Source: an uncultured delta proteobacterium
Lineage (GTDB): Bacteria; Desulfobacterota; Binatia; UBA9968
Direction: 5' to 3'
DNA length: 64,000 nt
Assembly (NCBI GenBank): GCA_963804165.1
Contig: CAWDPO010000034.1
Location: 64,001-128,000 of the forward strand
The position numbers were made by a program, and so were the translations under genes. Shown here one piece after another: positions 9,994 to 20,332 of this stretch. The notes below the pieces were generated by a model that was given only the letters and a program-made list of their open reading frames with translations, was not told where the DNA came from and did no database searches. Numbering within the stretch: the first letter of the stretch is position 1; every line of letters begins with the position of its first letter.

Positions 9994-10871
9994 GACTTTG
10001 CCGTATCCCCGGCCATATAGACGCGCTCGATATTCTGCCAATCATCCAAGCCGACAACTTGATCACGTTCCTTAAAAGTTGTGAGTGCGTCGTCAATCGA
10101 TTCGGTCGTGCCGTCGCGCTTGAGCGTGGCGAGCGTTCTGCGCATCGCGTGAATCGCCGCGCGCTGAGTTTCCGACGGATAGATCGCGATTCGGTACCCC
10201 ATGGTTTGCAAGCGCTCGACCGGCAGCATCGGCGTCTTGCCGCCTTTAAATACATTGACCAGCAACGGTACGCCGGGGAGCTGGCGCGGGATTTCGGCCA
10301 ACTCTTCTTCTGACTGCGGCGCTTCGACGAAAACCGCGTCAACGCCGAGCTCGGCAAATGCCCGAGCGCGCGCAATGGCATCATCCAAGCCGTGCACACC
10401 GCGCGCGTCGGTGCGGGCAATAATGCAAAAATCAGGATCGACGCGAGTCTTGAGTGCCGCTTCCAACTTCTTTTCCATCTCAGCTAGCGCGATCACTTCT
10501 TTCCCGTCCAGATGGCCGCAACGCTTGGGCGTGATCTGGTCTTCGATATGGATGGCCGCCACACCGGCGCGCTCAAACTCGCGGACGGTGCGGACGAGAT
10601 TCACGGCATTGCCGTAGCCGGTATCGGCGTCGGCGATGATCGGAATATTTGTCGCCGAAACAACCTGGACCGCGCGCTCGATCGATTCCGACATGGTGAC
10701 GAGACCGATGTCGGGGATGCCCATGCTGCGTGCCACGGCGCCGCCGCTGAGATAGGCGGCCTCAAAACCCGCTTCTTCGACGAGACGGGCCGAAAGGCCG
10801 TCAAAGCAACCTGGCGCGACGAGAAGGCGGTCGCGCTTGAGAAGTCGTTTGAGCGTTTGTCGTGGATTCAT
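9990..10871 (-). CDS. prpB: methylisocitrate lyase (ICL/PEP mutase family)
   Basis: DADTGYG, IEDQ..PKRCGH, ARTDA motifs; downstream of prpC-prpD. Confidence 0.8.
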   Translation of the reverse strand: MNPRQTLKRLLKRDRLLVAPGCFDGLSARLVEEAGFEAAYLSGGAVARSMGIPDIGLVTMSESIERAVQVVSATNIPIIADADTGYGNAVNLVRTVREFERAGVAAIHIEDQITPKRCGHLDGKEVIALAEMEKKLEAALKTRVDPDFCIIARTDARGVHGLDDAIARARAFAELGVDAVFVEAPQSEEELAEIPRQLPGVPLLVNVFKGGKTPMLPVERLQTMGYRIAIYPSETQRAAIHAMRRTLATLKRDGTTESIDDALTTFKERDQVVGLDDWQNIERVYMAGDTAKS

Positions 10872-10943
10872 GTATCACCTCAGGTTAGTTAAAGTGATTC
10901 TTGATTTTGCCCGCGACGCTGCATGCTCGCGGATCGCTTGGCG

Positions 10944-12380
10944 TTACGGCTGTGGCGCAAACATATCGGTAAATTTGTCGACGGGCGTGGCAGCGAGGGC
11001 ATCGGGCTCCGCACAAAGCCGTAGAATCGCGTCACACTGCCGGGGCGCGAAACGGGATGCCAGATTCGCCTCAAATTTTTTCACCAGCAGCGGCATGCCT
11101 TCAGCGCGCCTGCGGCGATGGCCGATCGGGTATTCGACGGCGATCTTGTCGCTGCTGGTACCATCGTTGAAGAAAACTTGAACGGCGTTGGCGATCGAGC
11201 GCTTTTGCGGATCCAGATAGTCCATCGAATATCCCGGATCTTCGACGCAGATCATTTTGTCGCGCAAAGCGTCGATACGCGGATCGCGGGCGACGGCGTC
11301 TTCGTAGTGGTCGGCCGTCAGTTCGCCGAAAATCAGGCCCACAGCGGTCATGTATTGAATGCAGTGGTCGCGGTCGGCGGGATTGTGCAGCGGCCCGGAC
11401 TTGTCGATGATGCGGATCGCCGACTCGTGGGTGGTGATGACGACCTTGTCGATTTGCTCCAGTCGATTCTGCACCGTGGAGTGGAGCCGAAGCGCACATT
11501 CTACTGCGGTTTGAGCATGGAACTCGGCGGGAAAGGAAATTTTGAACAAAACATTTTCCATCACGTAGGAACCCAGCGGGCGGGCGAGGATGAACGACTT
11601 ACTTTTGAAAAACACATCGTAGAAGCCCCAATTCTTTGCCGTCAGCGCCGACGGATAACCGATGTCGCCTCGCATGGCCATCAGCGCCAGACGCACGCCG
11701 CGGCTGGTGGCGTCGCCCGCGGCCCATGATTTGCGCGGACCGGTGTTGGGCGCGTGGCGATAAACCCGCAACGAACCGCCGTCGGTCCAGGCATTCGACA
11801 GCGCACTGATGATCTGTTCCTTGCTGCCGCCGAGCATGGCAGTCGCGATCGCCGCCGTGGCGACGCGCACCAGCACAACATGGTCGAGACCGACTCGGTT
11901 GAAGCTGTTTTCCAGCGCCAGCACGCCTTGAATCTCGTGCGCTTTAATCATCGCGCGCAGCACGTCATCGATGATAAAAGTCTTCTGCTTGGTGCGCGTG
12001 AGATAGTCGGCGAGAGCGAGGATGCCGCCGAGATTGTCCGAGGGGTGGCCCCATTCGGCGGCGAGCCAAGTGTCGTTGTAGTCGAGCCAGCGGATCATCG
12101 CGCCGATGTTGAACGCGGCGTGGACCGGATCGAGCTGCCACTCCGTGCCGGGCACGCGGGCGCCATTGATCAATGTCGCCCCGGGAACGACGGGTCCTAG
12201 ATGTTTGGCACACTCGGGATAGCGCAGCGCGAGTAAGCCGCATCCCAGCGTGTCCATGAGATTGTAGCGCGCGGTCTCGATCGCCTCGCGACTGTCTGGT
12301 TTGTAGCTTGCCGCGTAGTCGGCCAACTCGACCAAGATTTTATCGGGTTCAGGGCGAATGTTTGAAACCTCTGCGCTCAT
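10944..12380 (-). CDS. prpD: 2-methylcitrate dehydratase
   Basis: [43 protein letters not shown]. Confidence 0.95.
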   Translation of the reverse strand: MSAEVSNIRPEPDKILVELADYAASYKPDSREAIETARYNLMDTLGCGLLALRYPECAKHLGPVVPGATLINGARVPGTEWQLDPVHAAFNIGAMIRWLDYNDTWLAAEWGHPSDNLGGILALADYLTRTKQKTFIIDDVLRAMIKAHEIQGVLALENSFNRVGLDHVVLVRVATAAIATAMLGGSKEQIISALSNAWTDGGSLRVYRHAPNTGPRKSWAAGDATSRGVRLALMAMRGDIGYPSALTAKNWGFYDVFFKSKSFILARPLGSYVMENVLFKISFPAEFHAQTAVECALRLHSTVQNRLEQIDKVVITTHESAIRIIDKSGPLHNPADRDHCIQYMTAVGLIFGELTADHYEDAVARDPRIDALRDKMICVEDPGYSMDYLDPQKRSIANAVQVFFNDGTSSDKIAVEYPIGHRRRRAEGMPLLVKKFEANLASRFAPRQCDAILRLCAEPDALAATPVDKFTDMFAPQP

Positions 12381-12394
12381 GAGTGCCTCGAGGG

Positions 12395-12474
12395 CCGTTC
12401 AAGAGTTCAAGGGTTCAAAAGTTCAAGGTTGGGAGAGAGAGGACATTGAACTTTGAGCGTTGAACCTGGAACGG
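12395..12474. repeat. inverted GTTCAA/TTGAAC short-unit repeat between prpC and prpD
   Basis: gttcaagagttcaagggttcaaaagttcaagg ... ttgaactttgagcgttgaacctggaac. Confidence 0.8.
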
Positions 12475-12477
12475 TTT

Positions 12478-13596
12478 CTAGCGTTTTGCCATCGGTACGA
12501 ACGGACGCGGATCAGGACCGATGTAATCGGCGTTGGGCCGGATCAGACGATTATCGGCGCGCTGCTCGATGATATGCGCCGCCCAGCCGGTAATTCGCGA
12601 AACGACGAAAAGCGGCGTGAACATCGCCGTCGGAATGCCGCAAAAGTGATAGGCGGTGGCGCTGTAGAAATCCAGATTGGGGAACATCTTTTTTTCACGA
12701 CGCATGACTTGCTCGAGTCGCTCGGAGACTGGAAAAAGGCGTCGATCATCCTGCGCTTTGCTAAGCTTATTAGACCAGGCTTTGATGACATCGGAGCGGG
12801 GGTCGGAAACTTTGTAAACGCGGTGACCGAAACCCATGATGAGTTTTTTGGCGGCGAGCATGTCCATGAGCCCCTTTTCGGCCTCGTCCGCGTTTGCAAA
12901 CTGTTCGATCAACTCCATGGCCGCTTCGTTGGCGCCGCCGTGCAGCGGTCCGCGCAGGGCGCCGATGCCGCCGGTAACGGCCGAATAAAAATCCGGCAGC
13001 GTGGAAACGATGGTTCGCGCCGTGAACGTCGACGCGTTGAACTCATGTTCGGCGTAAAGAATCAGCGATACGTCGATGGCGCGCCGGTGCAACTCGTCCG
13101 GTTTTTTGCCGTGCAGCAAATGAAGAAAATGACCGGCGGTGCTGTCGTCGTCGGTTTCGGTGTCGAGGCGGTGGCCGTCCGTGTGAAAGTGGTGCCAGTA
13201 GAGCAACATGGCGCTGAAACAGGCGGTTAACCGGTTGGCAACGGCGACCTGGTCGTGGCCGGGGCCTTCGGGCTCGAGGGTGCCGAGCATCGAGCAGCCG
13301 GTGCGCATAACATCCATCGGATGGGTGCTGCGGGGAATCAATTCGAGCACGGTTTTCAACGGGGCGGGCAGGCCGCGCATACCGCGCAGCTTCACCTTGT
13401 ATTCATCGAGCTCCGCTTGCTTGGGTAAACGTCCATAGATGAGCAGGTAGGCGACTTCTTCGAAAGTCGAGTGCTCGGCTAAATCGTGGATCGAATAGCC
13501 GCGATAGGTGAGACCTTTGCCTTCTTTGCCTACCGTGGCTATTGCCGTGTGGCCGGCAACTATGCCGGCAAGTCCTGCGCCTGGTTCCGTTGCCAT
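12478..13596 (-). CDS. prpC: 2-methylcitrate synthase
   Basis: LYAEHEFNAST, GPLHGGANE, GFGHRVY, FPNLDFY; likely start MATEPG after GAGG. Confidence 0.92.
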   Translation of the reverse strand: MATEPGAGLAGIVAGHTAIATVGKEGKGLTYRGYSIHDLAEHSTFEEVAYLLIYGRLPKQAELDEYKVKLRGMRGLPAPLKTVLELIPRSTHPMDVMRTGCSMLGTLEPEGPGHDQVAVANRLTACFSAMLLYWHHFHTDGHRLDTETDDDSTAGHFLHLLHGKKPDELHRRAIDVSLILYAEHEFNASTFTARTIVSTLPDFYSAVTGGIGALRGPLHGGANEAAMELIEQFANADEAEKGLMDMLAAKKLIMGFGHRVYKVSDPRSDVIKAWSNKLSKAQDDRRLFPVSERLEQVMRREKKMFPNLDFYSATAYHFCGIPTAMFTPLFVVSRITGWAAHIIEQRADNRLIRPNADYIGPDPRPFVPMAKR

Positions 13597-13788
13597 ACTT
13601 GATTCCTCCAACTCTATTTGCACCGAAGATTGGGTCTATTGCAAGTATTCGCGACTATCCGGTGCCCCGTGGGGGCGGTTCAAAGTTCAACGTCGAATGA
13701 CAAACCAGATCCGTTCAGCCCTTGACAGTTTGCCTGTAGATTCGGTACCGCTTGAGTGAAGAAATTATCAGAGATTAGGAGTCAACGC

Positions 13789-14790
13789 ATGGCTTTACCG
13801 CAAACTTTCAAAGCGATGGTAGTGTCCGAGACGGCGGAAAAATCTTTTTCGCGCGAGATTCGCGAGCGCGCGCTGAGCGACTTACCCGCCGGCGAGTTGA
13901 TCATCGAAGTGAAGTATTCTTCGCTCAATTTTAAAGACGCTTTATCCGCAACCGGTAACAAGGGTGTCACGAGAAAATATCCGCACACGCCAGGGATCGA
14001 CGCGGCCGGCGTGGTCGTCGACTCGACGACTAAGGCCGTCGGCGTCGGCGAAGAGGTGACGGTGACCGGTTACGACCTCGGTATGAATACGTCCGGCGGC
14101 TTTGGCCGATACATCAGCGTGCCGTCCGCCTGGGCGGTTAAATTGCCACAAGGTTTGTCGTTGCGAGACAGCATGGGTTACGGCACAGCGGGTCTCACGG
14201 CAGCGTTGTGCATTATCCGCTTGCTGGCCGGCGGCTTGTCCAAGGATTCTGGCGAAGTTCTGGTTACCGGCGCAAGCGGCGGAGTCGGCAGCGTGGCGGT
14301 GGCGATGCTAGCCAAGCTCGGTTTCACCGTCGTCGCCGCAACCGGCAAAGCGAGCGAGCACGATTTTCTTACCAAGCTTGGCGCCAAGACCATTATTTCG
14401 CGCAATGAAGCGAACGATACTTCGGGGCGTCCACTGCAAAAACCTCGCTGGGCCGGTGTCGTCGATACGGTTGGGGGGAACATCCTGGCGACCGCATTAA
14501 AATCCACGAATCGCGGTGGCCTCGTTGCCGCCTGCGGTAACGCCATGTCCAACGATCTTAACATCAATGTGTTTCCGTTTATTCTACGCGGCGTCAGTTT
14601 GCTTGGCGTCGATTCCGTTGAGATTCCGATGCGCGCCCGGCAGATGGCTTGGCAAAAACTCGCCGGCGAGTGGAAGATCGATCTTTCGGACATCGTCACG
14701 GAGGTGTCACTGGAGGACTTGAACCCGCAGATCGATGCGATTCTAAAGGGCGGTGTGCGCGGGCGAGTGCTCGTCGATCTGAGCAAGTAA
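13789..14790 (+). CDS. acuI: acryloyl-CoA reductase, YhdH/AcuI family
   Basis: YSSLNFKDAL, PGIDAAG, VTGASGGVGS, PFILRGVSLLGVDSV. Confidence 0.8.
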   Translation: MALPQTFKAMVVSETAEKSFSREIRERALSDLPAGELIIEVKYSSLNFKDALSATGNKGVTRKYPHTPGIDAAGVVVDSTTKAVGVGEEVTVTGYDLGMNTSGGFGRYISVPSAWAVKLPQGLSLRDSMGYGTAGLTAALCIIRLLAGGLSKDSGEVLVTGASGGVGSVAVAMLAKLGFTVVAATGKASEHDFLTKLGAKTIISRNEANDTSGRPLQKPRWAGVVDTVGGNILATALKSTNRGGLVAACGNAMSNDLNINVFPFILRGVSLLGVDSVEIPMRARQMAWQKLAGEWKIDLSDIVTEVSLEDLNPQIDAILKGGVRGRVLVDLSK

Positions 14791-14808
14791 ACCAAGTACC
14801 AGCTAATT

Positions 14809-14879
14809 CACCACGAGGCGCACGAAGGATACGAAGGTTCCGGATTTTTATGTTCCCAAACCTCGTGCACTTCGTGGTG
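14809..14879. repeat. inverted CACGAAG/CTTCGTG 9-mer-type repeat
   Basis: caccacgaggcgcacgaaggatacgaagg ... cctcgtgcacttcgtggtg. Confidence 0.7.
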
Positions 14880-14916
14880 GAAGGGCATTCTCCGGATTCG
14901 GCAGGAAGGTGTTCCG

Positions 14917-17319
14917 TTGGCAGAAACTAACAATAATGAATGCGCTCTAGGACATCTCCGCGTCATTGAGCTGGGTGACATTCCCGCGTCCTACGCGACG
15001 CGCTGGCTCGCCGACCTCGGCGCGGATGTGATCAAGGTCGAACCGCCGGGCGGCGATCCCGCTCGTTTGCTGCCGCCGTTTGCCGGCAAAATAAAGCATC
15101 CCGAGCGCAGCCTCACGTTTACTCACGCCAATACGAACAAACGCAGCATGGTTCTCGATCTCGAGTCTGCATCGGATCGTGAAATCTTCTCCAAACTGCT
15201 GGCGTCGGCGCATGTTTTCATCGAAGCGACGCCGCTGGGCTATCTGGAGAAGTTGGGCTTCGACGACCGGCGTTTCCGTGAAGGGTTGCCGTCGTTGGTC
15301 GTCGTTTCCCTGACACCTTTCGGACGCACGGGGCCTTACCGGCACTACAAAGGGAGCGACGCCATCGCCAACGCCACAGGCGGCTTTCTTTACGGACAGG
15401 GCGACGACACCAAGGGACAATGCACCGCGCCGAGCCATCTGGCGTATCAAATGGCCGGCGCAATGGCGGCGATGCTGGCCTTGGCCGCAATTCGCCACGG
15501 GCGCGAAACCGGCGCGGGACAGCGCATCGACATGTCGCTGCAAGAGGCGCTGACGTTCGCCAACAGCAGCTCCATCGCTCGTTACAGCCGCGAGAATCGC
15601 CTCGAACGGCGGCCGGGCGCGAAAGCGTATGGCGGCGCGGGGACGAACATCTACCGGTGCAAAGACGGTCGTTACGTTCACTTCACCACGAACATGCCGC
15701 ACATGTGGAAGGAGTTCGCGCAGAATTGGGTGACCGACAAGTCACTGGCCGGACCGGAGTGGGAGCAGCCGCGTTATCGCGACGAGCATTCGGCTGAAGT
15801 TGCCAGAGTTTTTACCGAGTTCATCGGACAATTCAATGCCGACGACTTTGCCAACCAGGCGCAGGCGCGTCATCTCGCCGCGGCGCCGCTCAATACCATC
15901 GGCCAATTCGTCAACTGCGAACAGAATCACGCCCGCGATTGGCTGCAGGAGATCGAGCATCCGGTGATCGGCAAGTATAAAGCGCCGGGAGCGCCGATGC
16001 GTCTCTCGGTCACGCCGATGGGTGTGCGCCGGCCAGCGCCGCTGCTCGATCAGCACCGAAAAGAGATTCTTGCCGAGATCGAGAAGTTAGATGCCAATGC
16101 TCCAACAGCTCAGCGTGGAGAAACGGAAGCGCAGCGACCGATGCTGTCCGGATTGCGGATGGCTGATTTGACGCAGCAGTACGCGGGCCCGCTGGGCACT
16201 GAGCTGCTGGCGTATTACGGCATGGAAGTGGTGAAGATTGAAACCGGCACGATACCGAGCAAAGAGCGCGAGGCCGCGGTGCACGCCTGCATGAATCGCG
16301 CGAAGCTCGGCTGCACCCTCAACCTGCGCAACCCTCAGGGAAGAGAATTGTTCAAGCAGCTGGTGGCGAAATCCGACGTGGTGGTGGACAACTTCAGCTC
16401 GGGAGTTTTGGAGCGGTTGGGTTTCAGTTTCGACGTGCTGCAGCAGATCAACCCCGGGATCGTACAAGCGGTCATGCCTGGCTGGGGTCTGACCGGACCG
16501 CTCAAGTCCTGGGTCGCGTGGGGATGGCAGTTGCTCGCATACACGGGAATCATGCGTCTGTGGGGTTATCCTGATTCGCCGATGGAGACGCGCTGTAAAA
16601 TTGCCTGGCCCGATCGCGTTGGATCGGTCACGATGGCGCTCGGTGTGCTTGCGGCGCTTGAATACCAGGCCCGCACTGGTAAAGGACAATTCATCGAAGC
16701 CGGCATGCTCGAGGCGCAGGGCTCGATGTTGGGACCAGCGATTCTCGACTATACAATCAACGGCGAGGAGTGGGACGCCACGGGTTATCAAGAAACTCTC
16801 GGCGAACCCTACGCTCCGTATGGCTGTTATCCGTGCAAAGGCGACGACAACTGGATCATCATCGCCTGCGCCGGCGACGAAGAATGGCGGAGTCTGGTTA
16901 AAGTCATCGGCAAGGCGGCGGCGTGGGTCGCCGATCCGAAGTTCGCCGCGAGCGCCGGTCGCAAAGAGCGTCGCCAGGAACTGGATCAAAAACTTTCCGA
17001 GTGGACATGCAAATATACAGCAAAACAGGTGTTTCGTTTGCTTCAAGAAGCGGGTATCGCCGCCGGGATACCGTCCTCGGGCGAAGATCTCTTCCATGAC
17101 ATCCACCTGCGCGCGCGCGGCCATATCGTTGAAACCGAAGGTCCACCTTGGGGAAAAATCACGCATCATGGTTTACCCGCGATCCCGTCGTTGTCTGCTG
17201 CAAGCGCCGCTCGTCCGGCGCCGTGGATAGGCGGCCACAATCGAGAGGTGTTTGGCGGAATTTTGCGTCTGAGCAAAGAGAAAATCGCAGAGCTGGAGAA
17301 CGCCGAGGCGATCAAGTAG
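14917..17319 (+). CDS. family III CoA-transferase with two fused CaiB/BaiF domains
   Basis: LADLGADVIKVEPPGGD/NTNKRS in the N-half; LAYYGMEVVKIE/NRAKLG and WPDRV in the C-half. Confidence 0.9.
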   Translation: MAETNNNECALGHLRVIELGDIPASYATRWLADLGADVIKVEPPGGDPARLLPPFAGKIKHPERSLTFTHANTNKRSMVLDLESASDREIFSKLLASAHVFIEATPLGYLEKLGFDDRRFREGLPSLVVVSLTPFGRTGPYRHYKGSDAIANATGGFLYGQGDDTKGQCTAPSHLAYQMAGAMAAMLALAAIRHGRETGAGQRIDMSLQEALTFANSSSIARYSRENRLERRPGAKAYGGAGTNIYRCKDGRYVHFTTNMPHMWKEFAQNWVTDKSLAGPEWEQPRYRDEHSAEVARVFTEFIGQFNADDFANQAQARHLAAAPLNTIGQFVNCEQNHARDWLQEIEHPVIGKYKAPGAPMRLSVTPMGVRRPAPLLDQHRKEILAEIEKLDANAPTAQRGETEAQRPMLSGLRMADLTQQYAGPLGTELLAYYGMEVVKIETGTIPSKEREAAVHACMNRAKLGCTLNLRNPQGRELFKQLVAKSDVVVDNFSSGVLERLGFSFDVLQQINPGIVQAVMPGWGLTGPLKSWVAWGWQLLAYTGIMRLWGYPDSPMETRCKIAWPDRVGSVTMALGVLAALEYQARTGKGQFIEAGMLEAQGSMLGPAILDYTINGEEWDATGYQETLGEPYAPYGCYPCKGDDNWIIIACAGDEEWRSLVKVIGKAAAWVADPKFAASAGRKERRQELDQKLSEWTCKYTAKQVFRLLQEAGIAAGIPSSGEDLFHDIHLRARGHIVETEGPPWGKITHHGLPAIPSLSAASAARPAPWIGGHNREVFGGILRLSKEKIAELENAEAIK

Positions 17320-17387
17320 CAAACCAATCATCGAGAAAAGCACGTGCAGGGATTCTTTTAAACCTACGCCTATGCTAGGTTCGCTAA

Positions 17388-20054
17388 GTGCAGCGAGAGT
17401 TCGATCAGACCCACGACAAAACGAATCATCGAATCCCCGCGGTTTCGATCCTCATCCCTACGCTCAATGAAGCGGGAAATATTGCGCTTCTTCTGACTCG
17501 TATACTGGCGGTCATTGAGGATAGCGGACTTGCGGCCGAGGTTTTGGTGGTGGACGGCGGCTCCACCGATGGAACCCAGGCCGCCGTTCAAAGGTGGACC
17601 GCCGAGCACCCCGTTCGGTTGATTCAATCCGATGCGCAGCGCGGCCTGGCCGGGGATGTCGTCGCGGCCGCGGAGTCGGCGCGAGGCGAGTTTGTTGTGG
17701 TTCTCGATGCCGACTTGAGTCACCCTCCGGAAGTGATCCCGCAAATTGTCCGGCCGTTGCTGGAGGGCACGCATGACATGGCACTGGCCAGCCGCTACGT
17801 CCGCGGCGGTTCCATGCTCGACTGGCCGTGGACAAGATGGTTGGTATCCCGAATCGCAACGACGTTGGTCCGGCCCTTGGTCAGCGTAAAAGATCCTCTG
17901 TCGGGATTTTTCGCCGTGCGGCGCGAGACCTTGCTTAAGCTGTCGCGCGGGATGTCCGGCTTCAAAATCGCTCTGGAGATCCTCGGCCGCGCCGATGACT
18001 CCTTGCGCGTGATCGAGGTGCCGATCGTATTTCAAAATCGCATCAACGGCCGCTCCAAGTTCGGCATTCGCCAGGTGCGAAATTTTCTGTTCCAACTGGT
18101 GGCTCTTTGCGGCGGCACGCTGGCGCTTGAGTCAAATCCGCAGCTCGCGTTCTCCGGCATCTGCGTCGTGCTTTTGGACGTGCTTGTGTTCAATATCTTT
18201 CTCGGCGCGCAGGTGAATCCCATCATTTCCCAAATCGCCGGTTTCGTCGCCGCGACGATTTTCTATTTGGGTTTCGCGAACGGGATCTTCGCTCGCTTCG
18301 TCAAATCGAACGAAAGTCCCGTTTGGCGAATCTCCGGGCGATTTGCTCTGGTATTCCTGCTGGCGTTCTTCCTTCGCAGCGCGATTTTCACGATGGTGGT
18401 CGAGAGCTGGCCGTGGGCGGTGCAAGCGGCCATTCTTAACGCGGCATTGGTCTCTGCCGGACTGTTTTTCGTCGGCAGTGTTCTGTTTGTATTTCTCGAA
18501 CCGGGCGCCGGCGTCGACTCGCGCGTCCGCTGGCGCATGATTGCGGTGGTCATTGTCGGTTACGTCTCGTTGCTCAAGCTGGCATTCTTGGGGCTGGTGA
18601 ACGCGATGCCGGAGGAAGCTTATTATTGGAACTATGCGCAACATCTGGATATCGGTTACGTCGATCATCCGCCGATGGTTGCCTGGCTCATCTGGCTTTC
18701 GACTTCTCTGTTCGGCAATTCCGAATTTGCCGTTCGTTTGCCGGCGGTTATCTCCTGGACGATCGCCTCTATTTTCATGTTTCGCCTGACCGTGAATCTC
18801 TATGATCGAGCGGCTGCATTTCGCTCGGTTTTGCTTCTCGCGGTGTTGCCGATTTATTTCGGCGTGGGATTTTTCATGACACCGGACGCTCCGTTGTACG
18901 CCGCATGGACCGGCTGCCTCTATTTTCTGGAGCGCGCTCTGCTCGGCGATGACCGCCGCGCGTGGTGGGGCGTGGGTTTGTGCATCGGACTGGGGCTCCT
19001 GGCGAAATACACCATCGCGCTCTTGGGGCTCGGTACTTTGATCTTCGTGCTCGTTGATGCGAAGTCACGGCGCTGGTTGCTTCGCCCGCAACCGTTCCTT
19101 GCCGTGCTCGTGGTCGCGGTGCTTTTCTCACCGGTGCTTTTCTGGAACATGCAAAACGGCTGGGCCTCGTTTGCCTTTCAAGGTTCGAACCGCTGGTCCG
19201 GCAGGCCGGATTTTTCCCTTCATCTGCTCCTCGCCTCGCTCTTGCTCGTGCTGACGCCAGTTGGGTTGATCGTCGCCGGCAAGTTGTTCTTGACTGATCG
19301 AGCTGGCGTGATTGGTTCTCGTCCCGACGACGCTCAGCGCAAGCATCGCCTATGGCTGGTGAGTTTCACTTTAGCTCCATTGGCTGTGTTCGTGATTCAC
19401 AGCCTGCAGAACGACGCCAAGCTTCATTGGACGGGACCTGTATTCCTGGCCGCGATCCCGTTGCTCGCGGGAGATATGGTCGGCCGGATCGGTGAAATGA
19501 CGGGGCCGTGGACGCGACTCCTTCGTCGTGCGTGGATGCCGACGATCGTCGTGCTGCTCCTCACCTACGGCGGCATGTTCCACTATTTCACGCTTGGATT
19601 GCCAGGCTCTCACATGTCGGGGACGCGCGCTTTCGGACCCTGGCGCCAGATGGCAGAGCGGGTTGAGCAGATCGAGCGAGCGCTGGAAAGGAAAACCGGA
19701 GCCGAGCCGGTCATCGTGGGAATGGATAAATACATGATATCGAGCGAAGCGAGCTTTTATGACCTTGCCGACCGTGACGGCGCTCGCAACACGGGCGGCC
19801 CGCATTTATTTGGCGGCCGAAGCCTGATGTGGGAGTACTGGTTGCCCAGGTCAGCCGCAGTCGGCAGGAATCTATTATTGATCGATTTTGATCGGAAACG
19901 GCTTGCGGACCCATCGCTGGAAAAACACTTTGAGCGCATGAGCGACGTCTCAACGGAAACCCTGGAGAGAGACGGGCGCGTCGTCGGATATTTCCACTGG
20001 CGTATCGGTTACGACTACCGTAACACGGACGCAAAACTGTCGGCGTCACAGTAG
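17388..20054 (+). CDS. fused GT2 polyprenyl-phosphate glycosyltransferase + GtrA-like domain + ArnT/GT39 transferase
   Basis: VVDGGSTDGT, DADLSHPP, DPLSGFF; 4-TM middle region; PEEAYYW...DHPPM, TPDAP, LAKYT. Confidence 0.88.
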   Translation: MQREFDQTHDKTNHRIPAVSILIPTLNEAGNIALLLTRILAVIEDSGLAAEVLVVDGGSTDGTQAAVQRWTAEHPVRLIQSDAQRGLAGDVVAAAESARGEFVVVLDADLSHPPEVIPQIVRPLLEGTHDMALASRYVRGGSMLDWPWTRWLVSRIATTLVRPLVSVKDPLSGFFAVRRETLLKLSRGMSGFKIALEILGRADDSLRVIEVPIVFQNRINGRSKFGIRQVRNFLFQLVALCGGTLALESNPQLAFSGICVVLLDVLVFNIFLGAQVNPIISQIAGFVAATIFYLGFANGIFARFVKSNESPVWRISGRFALVFLLAFFLRSAIFTMVVESWPWAVQAAILNAALVSAGLFFVGSVLFVFLEPGAGVDSRVRWRMIAVVIVGYVSLLKLAFLGLVNAMPEEAYYWNYAQHLDIGYVDHPPMVAWLIWLSTSLFGNSEFAVRLPAVISWTIASIFMFRLTVNLYDRAAAFRSVLLLAVLPIYFGVGFFMTPDAPLYAAWTGCLYFLERALLGDDRRAWWGVGLCIGLGLLAKYTIALLGLGTLIFVLVDAKSRRWLLRPQPFLAVLVVAVLFSPVLFWNMQNGWASFAFQGSNRWSGRPDFSLHLLLASLLLVLTPVGLIVAGKLFLTDRAGVIGSRPDDAQRKHRLWLVSFTLAPLAVFVIHSLQNDAKLHWTGPVFLAAIPLLAGDMVGRIGEMTGPWTRLLRRAWMPTIVVLLLTYGGMFHYFTLGLPGSHMSGTRAFGPWRQMAERVEQIERALERKTGAEPVIVGMDKYMISSEASFYDLADRDGARNTGGPHLFGGRSLMWEYWLPRSAAVGRNLLLIDFDRKRLADPSLEKHFERMSDVSTETLERDGRVVGYFHWRIGYDYRNTDAKLSASQ

Positions 20055-20332
20055 TCACGAACCTATGCCTCAGGGAAGAGGAACGAGGCGGTTCATCCAA
20101 GATTGGCAATCAAAGCGTAGGGCTCGATAAGAAGCACACCGCCAAAAAAAGCATTTCGGCTGCGTCGAGATCTCAGCTGAAGAGGAGAAAGATTTCTCAC
20201 AACGGCATACTGTGTGAAAACTCTCTCGGAGCCCTTCGACGGTGCTCAGGGCGAACGGATAAGTACTCAATTTCTAATGAGACCACACCGTTTGTGGTGA
20301 GCAGCTTGTCCTGAGCCCTTCGGCTTTGCTCA

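Noticed and set aside
13722-13751. sigma70 promoter for acuI (TTGACA)
   Set aside because: No convincing -10 hexamer at 16-18 nt spacing
16087-17169. 360-aa antisense ORF and similar long shadows (61245-62324, 27173-28246, 35994-36977)
   Set aside because: Overlap well-supported genes on the opposite strand; no recognisable domains
14917-17319. Naming the CoA-transferase dddD
   Set aside because: Two-domain architecture is shared by many uncharacterised enzymes; orthology cannot be shown without phylogeny
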